A DNA stretch of 64,000 bases from Bdellovibrio sp. GTDB lineage: Bacteria; Bdellovibrionota; UBA1018. Below the pieces are notes generated by a model. It was not told the DNA's origin, made no database searches, and saw only the letters and a list, made by a program, of their open reading frames with translations. Shown one piece after another: positions 49,247 through 56,939 of this stretch; position 1 is the first letter of the stretch; the number at the start of each line of letters is the position of its first letter. The stretch is from positions 8,471-72,470 of the forward strand of contig JACPOE010000012.1 in assembly GCA_016185105.1 (NCBI GenBank), given 5' to 3'. A program made the position numbers and the translations under genes.

Positions 49247-49894
49247 CTAGCGCCATTTCCACTCCGCAGTCCAATTTGCACTCTCATCCATCGCTTCACT
49301 CTGCTCCTCCGATGTCTTCCAATCATTCGTATTTTCACTTCTCTGAAGCACTTCGGCAGCAGCAACTCTCGCCGAATGGCTGATTCTAAAGCGAAACCTC
49401 CTCTCTCTAAAACTGAAACCTCCGGGAGACCACTCCAACGGCCTTGGTCCAAGAGGATCGGGTGGTGGCCGAAAAAGCCCCAGCCTAGGAAGTGGATTTG
49501 GAAAATCCGAGTAATGAAGCCCACACCCTCGATTCACAATCCAAGCCGCACAATTGGCATCCCATTTTAAAAGCAGTCCCTCTTGATAAAGAACCGCCGT
49601 CTGTAACAACGCCCGCAGGGGAGCTTGAGAGGAAGGAAGGACAATCACCGCTAGAGCAGCCCGAATTTTTCGAATTCTTTGATTCGTCTTAAGAAGTGAA
49701 TTGAGAGAGTCTCTAAATGTCTGAGCTGGTTTACCTATACATGTGTTTAGTCTGAGTTGGGTCTCCATCTGAAAACGCCAAGCACGAAAAATACCCAAAG
49801 TTCCGAATCCGGCGACGACAAAAACACTACAAAGCAAAAGCATCAAGACTTGGACATTTCCACCTTGCTTCTTGAAACGCCTTTCTAGTCCCAT
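49247..49894 (-). CDS. hypothetical protein, possible Tad pseudopilin/assembly component
   Basis: N-terminal hydrophobic segment VQVLMLLLCSVFVVAGFG after a basic stretch. Context only. Confidence 0.3.
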   Translation of the reverse strand: MGLERRFKKQGGNVQVLMLLLCSVFVVAGFGTLGIFRAWRFQMETQLRLNTCIGKPAQTFRDSLNSLLKTNQRIRKIRAALAVIVLPSSQAPLRALLQTAVLYQEGLLLKWDANCAAWIVNRGCGLHYSDFPNPLPRLGLFRPPPDPLGPRPLEWSPGGFSFRERRFRFRISHSARVAAAEVLQRSENTNDWKTSEEQSEAMDESANWTAEWKWR

Positions 49895-50205
49895 AGAGCA
49901 GCCTCCAGCTCTGGCAAGCTGACTTTTTCCTCTGTAGTTCCACACTGAAGAGTTCCAGTAAGGACCCCACTTCTACGCTCATAGCTCACCGGAAATGGAG
50001 AGGCGTGTCGGGGCCCCCCTGTCAGCGAATGATGTGTACTTTCAAAGGCATGGTAAAGGCACCCCGCTACTTTCCAAGATCGCCAGAGCAAAGCCCCGCC
50101 TATCGAAAAGAGTGAAAAAGCCACTCCAATGGCGAACAGGAGTTCTAGAAGAGACTGACCGTCCTCGTCTGCTCTTTCCTGAACATGAACCACTTCACTC
50201 TCCAA
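49885..50205 (-). CDS. TadE-like pseudopilin (putative)
   Basis: GQSLLELLFAIGVAFSLFSIGG matches the G-x4-E-[FLY] prepilin-like motif and hydrophobic helix typical of TadE/TadF. Confidence 0.45.
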   Translation of the reverse strand: MESEVVHVQERADEDGQSLLELLFAIGVAFSLFSIGGALLWRSWKVAGCLYHAFESTHHSLTGGPRHASPFPVSYERRSGVLTGTLQCGTTEEKVSLPELEAALWD

Positions 50206-50413
50206 CAGAGTCCTTATCTTTAAACACTATTTGAGTATCAATTCGATTACGGGCCTTCTTTATAGCACCCTTCACGGATTTCCCTAACCCCTGAGTCACT
50301 CCGACGGCAGCTAGCGAAACCAGAACCAACAAAGTAATGTACTCAGTCAATCCTTGCCCTCGATTATTACCAATGATTTTAGACTTAAAACATCCAAGTA
50401 TTATTTTTGACAT
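50195..50413 (-). CDS. Flp family type IVb pilin
   Basis: GQGLTEYITLLVLVSLAAVGV carries the Flp motif G-x4-EY followed by a hydrophobic helix. The mature part is short. Confidence 0.6.
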   Translation of the reverse strand: MSKIILGCFKSKIIGNNRGQGLTEYITLLVLVSLAAVGVTQGLGKSVKGAIKKARNRIDTQIVFKDKDSVGE

Positions 50414-50566
50414 CTGATCTCCTAATAAAGTCAAACAGATGAAAATAGCGGGCCATAAAATAGGCAGTATTTGCCGAGAAAATGATTCAAAAAAATACTC
50501 TGTGACTGAATCCTGGACTTAGGTTCGGCTCAATCCTATAATAATAAAAAAGGGCAAATTCGAAAA

Positions 50567-50962
50567 ATGTTGAAACACACTCAGAAACTGTTCGTGTACC
50601 AACGTAAAGAAATTATCCTAATTGGACTAATTGGCAGTTTGTCATTGCTCTTTTCTTTTATCTTTGGAATCCACCTTGCGAAAAATCTGGGCACAGGAAC
50701 TGCGCGAACCGAAGAGAACGAAGTCTCTGCCCTGGAATCCTCTGATGACCCCGGAGTCAGTCGCGAAGAGCTTTCTGATCCTGGCAAAGACGCCCCAAAA
50801 ATCGTCGAAGACTCTCTCAATCAGGAACTCCATGAGGAAGTGACCCGTACAGGGATTCGATTGAGGCCTTCACGTGCGGTTGAACTGCCCACCCGGACCA
50901 AATCGAAAACCGGCGGTGCGACCCAACTAGAGCCTGAACTTCAAAAACACCCTAAACACTAA
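50567..50962 (+). CDS. hypothetical membrane-anchored protein
   Basis: N-terminal transmembrane segment and an acidic C-terminal region. No motif recognised. Confidence 0.35.
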   Translation: MLKHTQKLFVYQRKEIILIGLIGSLSLLFSFIFGIHLAKNLGTGTARTEENEVSALESSDDPGVSREELSDPGKDAPKIVEDSLNQELHEEVTRTGIRLRPSRAVELPTRTKSKTGGATQLEPELQKHPKH

Positions 50963-51045
50963 CCAGCACCTTCTCTAGCCTTAGAACTGGACAAGTGTTC
51001 CATTGAAACATATGATTTTCGCGCTATTGGAAGGAAGGAAATTTC

Positions 51046-51408
51046 ATGTCTAAGCAGACGATTCAAAAGGTCGACAAGCCATGGGGCCACGAACTCATTT
51101 GGGCCAAAACGAAAGATTACGTAGGCAAGCTCCTTTTTATTAAAAAGGGACACCAGCTCTCTCTTCAATTTCACCGTGAAAAAGAAGAAACAATCTATCT
51201 GCAAGCCGGAAAAATGACTCTTGTTTTTGAAGACGATGATGCTCGGCTGATGGACGTTCATTTAAATCCCGGAGAGGCCCATCACATCCCACCCAATCGG
51301 CGGCACCGAATGATTGCGGTCGAAGACTGTACTGTTTTTGAAGTCTCCACTCCTCAACTTGGGGATGTCGTCCGTCTGGAAGACAGTTATGGAAGACAGG
51401 GAACCTAA
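51046..51408 (+). CDS. cupin-domain protein (phosphomannose isomerase type-II C-terminal-like)
   Basis: KPWGHELIWA...GHQLSLQFHREKEETIYL...HHIPPNRRHR matches cupin_2/MPI-like conserved motifs. Confidence 0.6.
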   Translation: MSKQTIQKVDKPWGHELIWAKTKDYVGKLLFIKKGHQLSLQFHREKEETIYLQAGKMTLVFEDDDARLMDVHLNPGEAHHIPPNRRHRMIAVEDCTVFEVSTPQLGDVVRLEDSYGRQGT

Positions 51409-51447
51409 CCCGTATTTTTAAACCTCCATTTAAGGAATGATTCAACA

Positions 51448-52512
51448 ATGAAGCAGGATTTGTACCTAGTTGTAATTGCAGGGGGCAGCGGGACCCGTTT
51501 TTGGCCAAAGAGCACCTCATCACGTCCTAAACAGCTGCTCAGTTTTGGTGGGTCTACGCCATCGAAATCTAGGTCACTTCTTGCACAAACTCTGGATCGC
51601 TTTGAAGGAATTGTTCCGAAAAACGGTTTCTACATCGCAACCACTAAGAAGCTAGAAAAAGCTATTGTCGACGAAAAACTGAATGCCCATATTTTGGCTG
51701 AACCCCAGGGCAGAAATACGGCTCCCTGTATCTATTGGGCAGCAAAAGAAGTGGCAGCAAGAGATCCAAAAGGTATTTTACTGGTGATGCCGGCGGACCA
51801 CTATATTGCTCAGCCCGATAAATTAAGGGAAACCATTCAGGCCGCAAGTGATTGGGCGCGATCCAATGACGATCTGATCACCTTGGCAATCCGCCCAACT
51901 CGGCCTGAAACAGGCTACGGGTATTTGAAGGTATCTGCCGATTCAGTCAAAAAAGGCGGTCCATCCAAAGTTGAAGCCTTTGTTGAAAAACCCAATTTTG
52001 AAAATGCCAAGAAATTTTTGGACGCGGGAAACTATTACTGGAACGGTGGAATGTTTGTCTGGAGAGCAGATGTCATTCTTCAGGCTTTTGATCAGCACAT
52101 GCCAGAAATGAAAAAAGCTTGGAACGAAGCGGGCGGCTCGATCGAAAAAGCTTACCCACTGATGACTGCAACCTCAATCGATTACGGAGTCATGGAAAAA
52201 GCGCGAAATGTCGTGACCTTTCCCCTGGACTGCGGTTGGGATGATTTAGGCAGCTGGACCTCTTTAGAAAGCCTAGCGGATTCATTACAAATTCGAAAAG
52301 GTTCCAATGTTGTTAATAGCGGGGATTTACTTGCCGTGGAATCCGAAGGAAATATTGTTGATGTTTCAAATAGTTTTGTGGCTCTCTTGGACGTCCACAA
52401 TCTCATTGTAGTTCAGACTCCCGATGCCCTGCTGATAGCAAACAAAGACAAGGCTCAAGATTTAAGAAAAATTGTTGAAGAAACAAAGAAAAGACGCCCA
52501 GACTTGGTCTAA
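51448..52512 (+). CDS. manC: mannose-1-phosphate guanylyltransferase
   Basis: VIAGGSGTRFWP..S...PKQLL, about 350 aa, with a left-handed beta-helix C-terminus. Confidence 0.8.
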   Translation: MKQDLYLVVIAGGSGTRFWPKSTSSRPKQLLSFGGSTPSKSRSLLAQTLDRFEGIVPKNGFYIATTKKLEKAIVDEKLNAHILAEPQGRNTAPCIYWAAKEVAARDPKGILLVMPADHYIAQPDKLRETIQAASDWARSNDDLITLAIRPTRPETGYGYLKVSADSVKKGGPSKVEAFVEKPNFENAKKFLDAGNYYWNGGMFVWRADVILQAFDQHMPEMKKAWNEAGGSIEKAYPLMTATSIDYGVMEKARNVVTFPLDCGWDDLGSWTSLESLADSLQIRKGSNVVNSGDLLAVESEGNIVDVSNSFVALLDVHNLIVVQTPDALLIANKDKAQDLRKIVEETKKRRPDLV

Positions 52513-52515
52513 CAC

Positions 52516-52566
52516 GAAAAAAAGGAAGCAGATTCTTTCAAACCTGCTTCCCTCGGTTGGTTTTTC
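52516..52566. terminator. bidirectional terminator candidate between manC (+) and HEAT-repeat gene (-)
   Basis: An 8-bp perfect stem GGAAGCAG...CTGCTTCC is flanked by an A7 run upstream and a T-rich run downstream. Confidence 0.5.
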
Positions 52567-54458
52567 TAGATCCCTTTGATCTCACGGTATTCTTCGATTG
52601 CCTTTTTGCAACCGGTTTGCGCGCCTAGAGAATCCAAGAGTTTGATTTCTTCGGAACCGAACTCCCTCCCTTTTAGTGCTCTATGCGCTGCCCTTCTCAC
52701 GTCTTGGTCCGTATCACACAGCCTTCTCAGAAGTGCGTGGGTAGAGGTTGGGGCATTGACCCTGCCTAGATACTCGCAGCCCAGAATTCGAAGCTGATAG
52801 CTCCCTGCCTTTGATAGCTCCTCTAGGGCAGAAACATGGCTCTCATTCAGGGGCCGTTCTGAGATCGCGTCTTTTGCAGCCGCAGCCACATCTTTGTCCG
52901 TGTCTAGGATTGCTGATAGGATCGCAAGAGTTGCCGTATCCTCCTTAAAAGTACTGAGTCCCTTAACAGCACCAAGACGAACCTTCCAAGAAGGCTCACC
53001 TTTGGACCCAAGGCGGGTGAGGACAGGAATCGCATCCGGGTGGTTTATTTTAGGGAGGTATTTGACAACGAGTTCCTTACCATCGCTGTTATTCTGATTA
53101 CTCAGGTCACTCAATACAGGCAGGTCTTCGAGAAGGATCGCCCTTCCGCGAAGTAATGAGTCCGCTGTTGCCCTGACATCTTTATCCGAATCCATCAAAC
53201 CTGGATAAATGGCTCGCGTTGCCTCTGGAGTTAAAATGGTACCTATCCACTCTAGAACCTGTTGTCGGGTCTTCCAGCTATTCGACTTAAATTTTTCAAC
53301 TAAGATTGGAAGATAGCTGTTATCCATTCTCGCGGAATCTAAAACTCGATCGACAGCCTGTTTGACATCTTTGTCGTTATCTTCAAGTCTTCCAAAAACA
53401 AGCAGGTCATCTTGCAGACCATTGCGAATTTTCTCTAATCCCAAAACCGCATCTCTCCTCACCCTCCAGCTTGAACTGGCAACCGCTGTAGTCAAATGGG
53501 CTCGGATTTTTTCATCTTGAATTTTCAACATAGCAAGAGCAACCGCTCCGTGTTGAGCACTGGTCTCATCTTCCGAATCCAGCAAACTCCGTGCAAGAGT
53601 TTCAACCAATTCGGGTACGAGTTTGTGATCTCGAGCGAGGTCGAAAAAAGCTAGAGGGTAGGGAGACTTTCTTAAATTCACCCAACTTGAGTGTTGTTCC
53701 TGGAATGCTGCTTCAATCTCTCTCTGGTGAGATCCCTCTTTCAAAGACAGAAGGTATTTAGAAACAGAGTACAGTTTTCGGAAATCAGGCCGGCTATCCA
53801 ATGTCCGAACAGCGAAGTCTACCGGATTTTCAGCTACCCTTAGGGTGGCCACAGTCTTGAAATGACCCTGTTCAAAGGCACGCCTTAGGTCTTTGTGTTC
53901 CACAGTTTTGCGATCATAAGAGGCAAAACTCAGCGAAAGAATCTTGGGTGGCGTTTGAGAAAACTCTAGTTCACCCACCAACGCCAAACCTAATAGGTCC
54001 CTATCTCTCCCAAGGGGGGATATATATTGGACGCTCTGGTCCTTGACTATAACGACGCCTGAAAACACTGCATAGGTTGCATCTAAACACCCGTTGGTGC
54101 CGTTAAAAATCCCACAAGCAAGGAATTCTTCGCGAACCACATCAAAGCCATCATCGGCCCAAGACGGGTCCACCTTTTCAATACTTTCAATAAATAGCTG
54201 GCCAGGGTGGAGGTCCGGATGGTCAGTAAACCAACTTAACGCAGACATTTGTTCTCTGGTGGTGGCGCCCCCGAGAGCATTTTTCTCACCCTTCTTTTTC
54301 TTTCCTGCGGAATCCGAATCTGATGTTTTTTCCTTCTTTTTGAACCAATTTTTGAGCATTGCATTGGCAGGCGAAGGCGGAACCGCGAGAGAAATTGCGA
54401 CTCCAAGGACGAGCAAACTCATGGCTCGATAAGAGCCTTTAAGAAGACTATATTTCAT
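52566..54458 (-). CDS. secreted HEAT/PBS-lyase-repeat protein
   Basis: Signal peptide. Multiple DKDVR..A...L-type HEAT repeats (DKDVRATADSLL, DKDVAAAAKDAI, DQDVRRAAHRAL). Confidence 0.6.
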   Translation of the reverse strand: MKYSLLKGSYRAMSLLVLGVAISLAVPPSPANAMLKNWFKKKEKTSDSDSAGKKKKGEKNALGGATTREQMSALSWFTDHPDLHPGQLFIESIEKVDPSWADDGFDVVREEFLACGIFNGTNGCLDATYAVFSGVVIVKDQSVQYISPLGRDRDLLGLALVGELEFSQTPPKILSLSFASYDRKTVEHKDLRRAFEQGHFKTVATLRVAENPVDFAVRTLDSRPDFRKLYSVSKYLLSLKEGSHQREIEAAFQEQHSSWVNLRKSPYPLAFFDLARDHKLVPELVETLARSLLDSEDETSAQHGAVALAMLKIQDEKIRAHLTTAVASSSWRVRRDAVLGLEKIRNGLQDDLLVFGRLEDNDKDVKQAVDRVLDSARMDNSYLPILVEKFKSNSWKTRQQVLEWIGTILTPEATRAIYPGLMDSDKDVRATADSLLRGRAILLEDLPVLSDLSNQNNSDGKELVVKYLPKINHPDAIPVLTRLGSKGEPSWKVRLGAVKGLSTFKEDTATLAILSAILDTDKDVAAAAKDAISERPLNESHVSALEELSKAGSYQLRILGCEYLGRVNAPTSTHALLRRLCDTDQDVRRAAHRALKGREFGSEEIKLLDSLGAQTGCKKAIEEYREIKGI

Positions 54459-54489
54459 ATTTTTTCCTCGAATTGTTCGGTCTAAATCT

Positions 54490-54918
54490 CTAGCGAGCCA
54501 ACCGGAAGGTGCACTGAACTTGGGGGTCCCTAGGATTGGCGCATTTCACGAACTCAAAGGCTAGGGAGCGTTTCTCAATGTTCAGACCTTCTTTGCCTAG
54601 CATCTGTAAAAGTTTGAGTGAATCCTGGACACCGCTGTCGAGCTTTCTTTCGCCGTCATTAAATCTACAGACTTTTCTCAACTGGTCCGCACAGCCGACA
54701 TAGACGCGTTCCTCCGCACAGCTCATCTGACTCAAACTGAGTCTTTCTTTGCCCTTCTTATTTTTTTGAACCTGGGCCCCAGCATTATTAAAGGCATCAA
54801 TTGCGGTCTTCGCTGATTCACCATAAACGGTGAAGTCTCCAGCCATGGCAGCTACGCCAAAAAGAGAACCTGCGACGAAGGAAATCAATCGCGTTTTTTT
54901 CATCATAGAAATCTCCAA
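54490..54918 (-). CDS. small secreted Cys-containing protein (hypothetical)
   Basis: Signal peptide and 6 Cys. Confidence 0.4.
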   Translation of the reverse strand: MEISMMKKTRLISFVAGSLFGVAAMAGDFTVYGESAKTAIDAFNNAGAQVQKNKKGKERLSLSQMSCAEERVYVGCADQLRKVCRFNDGERKLDSGVQDSLKLLQMLGKEGLNIEKRSLAFEFVKCANPRDPQVQCTFRLAR

Positions 54919-55020
54919 TTGTGAAAAGGGTTTAGCGTCCGATGCCCTATAGTGCTAATAATGCATCACGTCAATATAAAGATAGTTTTGAAATTTTGAC
55001 CGCCAGGAAAAACCTTTTGA

Positions 55021-56922
55021 GTGAACTTAATAATGAAAAAAATTTTTCTGCTCTTTTCTATTTTTCTAGTTGGAGCTTGTTTTCAGTTTCAATCGTTGGC
55101 ACACCTCAAAAAAATCCCTGTCGGGATCACCTTGCAACAAGCCTACCGCGGTCTGGTGACAAGAGAGGATTTCGCCAGGGCAGCCTCCCTCGAACTCCAC
55201 GTCGTGTCGGATCTCTTAGCTGATCAAATTAGCAACCTCGTAAAAACAAACTCACCTGCCATCGTAGACATTGTTGGAATCGGAGCAGGCTCGCAAAGTG
55301 CTATTGCGTTTTCGATTCTGAAGCAAAAAAATCCAAACCTAAGAACACTCATCTTTGAGGCTTCTCCAAACGCCGGCACGTTTGACCACCTTCGCGGCTC
55401 ATTCTACTTGAATAGCCCAGAAGGAAGAGTTCAGGACGGAATTACCCTCCACAACACCATCATTGGAAGTCCCATTCAAGTTTTCGACCTGGTTTCAGGA
55501 CCTGAAGACGACTTGATCTTTCCCTCGTCGCAAAAGCTCGGTGATGCAACTTTGCTTGCTCATCTTTTTTCAGACAGCGGTCTGGTCTTTAACCAAAGAG
55601 TAGTGAAAGTGGAACCAGGAGCCCCACACGCAACCTATAGAGTGGTCACCGACAAGGGGCTCATCGTTTTTACGAATCATATTTTGATAGCCACGGGACT
55701 GGGCGCTCCCAAAACTGGCATTGATGATGCGGTTCATCGACAGTCGGTGGAGCGAATCACCTCGGATGGGAATCCAGCGGTGGAAACTGTCGACCAGTTC
55801 TTAAACAGGCTTTCCGAAACTCGATATGCTCGACGAGGAACCAGCACCGATCAGCATCTTGAAATACTACCAGCGGAGGTTCTAGTCATCGGCGCCGGAG
55901 ACGGTGGCAAGATTGCAGTGGAGGCCCTTCTAAAATGGCCCGAAAGCAACCGACCTAAAATCCTCTGGGCGGGGCAAGATGCTACGACTCCGGCTGAGTT
56001 CATGGAGTCCCTCAAACATCCTATCCTCAAAGAGAGATATGCTGAAACCGGACAATCCCTCTTGACGGGTTGGGTCCGCGCGCTCCCCGGCCGTATCACT
56101 CAGGTCGAAAGAAAAAACGGTTCTGACTCCGAATTCGAAGTGACCCTACAAAACGAAAAGCCGTCTTTGAAAATAACAAAGCGGACGTTTCGAAAAATTA
56201 TTTTTGCGACGGGCTATACCTCGGAACTACCGAATATTTTTGAGGACCTTCCCGGGTTTGACTCGAAAAGCGGCGAAACCCTTTTTGGCTCCCTGTCTGA
56301 TTTTGTCACTTTGGACGAGGGGCGCGCTCTTCCACTAAGACGCTACCCTTTGGGCTGGAAGGCCAGAGGTCATTCAATTTGGCGAATCGGTCCCGGATCG
56401 GTTTCAGAAATGGAAGATAGCCGAAAATACGGTGGATATTTTGACCTCTCTGCCTATGCACCTCTATCAGCAGCCGTGGGAGAATTGTTGGCCTCGACGA
56501 TCCTGCTTCATCCAAGAACCGAGGTAGCGGACGTGCAGGCTAACCCGGAGTTTGAGGCTTTCTGGACGCTCCCCTCTGGCACAAATTCCCCCCTACATGT
56601 TCAGAAAGACCTCTTCTTCCTAGAAGCAAAGTTGGTCATCGGGCGGCTAATTCAGTCTCTGAGGCTCCCCCCAGATCAGCGCCTGGAAGTGGAACTCATT
56701 TGGAAGTTCAACCCGTCAGAAAAGCAAATCCGATTTCATTTAGGAAATGGGAACTTTGACCCGGTAGGCTTGAGTCGCTTCAAAGAAAATATTCAGAAGG
56801 AAACGGGTCTTGGTAAATTTTGGTTCTATTCTCTTGGAGAGGAATGGCACCCTAAGCTCAGAATTTTCTTTCAATCCAGATCAGATGGAACACCAAGGCT
56901 TGAAACACTGAAAGTCGAGTAA
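55021..56922 (+). CDS. lipoprotein with N-hydroxylating-monooxygenase-like (K_oxygenase-like) dinucleotide-binding motifs; hypothetical
   Basis: Lipobox LVGAC. VDIVGIGAGSQSAIAFSIL and VLVIGAGDGGKIAVEAL resemble the FAD and NADPH motifs of SidA/IucD-type enzymes. Confidence 0.45.
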   Translation: MNLIMKKIFLLFSIFLVGACFQFQSLAHLKKIPVGITLQQAYRGLVTREDFARAASLELHVVSDLLADQISNLVKTNSPAIVDIVGIGAGSQSAIAFSILKQKNPNLRTLIFEASPNAGTFDHLRGSFYLNSPEGRVQDGITLHNTIIGSPIQVFDLVSGPEDDLIFPSSQKLGDATLLAHLFSDSGLVFNQRVVKVEPGAPHATYRVVTDKGLIVFTNHILIATGLGAPKTGIDDAVHRQSVERITSDGNPAVETVDQFLNRLSETRYARRGTSTDQHLEILPAEVLVIGAGDGGKIAVEALLKWPESNRPKILWAGQDATTPAEFMESLKHPILKERYAETGQSLLTGWVRALPGRITQVERKNGSDSEFEVTLQNEKPSLKITKRTFRKIIFATGYTSELPNIFEDLPGFDSKSGETLFGSLSDFVTLDEGRALPLRRYPLGWKARGHSIWRIGPGSVSEMEDSRKYGGYFDLSAYAPLSAAVGELLASTILLHPRTEVADVQANPEFEAFWTLPSGTNSPLHVQKDLFFLEAKLVIGRLIQSLRLPPDQRLEVELIWKFNPSEKQIRFHLGNGNFDPVGLSRFKENIQKETGLGKFWFYSLGEEWHPKLRIFFQSRSDGTPRLETLKVE

Positions 56923-56939
56923 ATAGCCGGTAGAAACCC

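Noticed and set aside
49057-49570. ORFs 49057-49524 (minus) and 49376-49570 (plus) in the Flp/Tad region
   Set aside because: They overlap both flanking co-directional ORFs in other frames and have no motif. They are probably spurious frames in GC-rich coding DNA.
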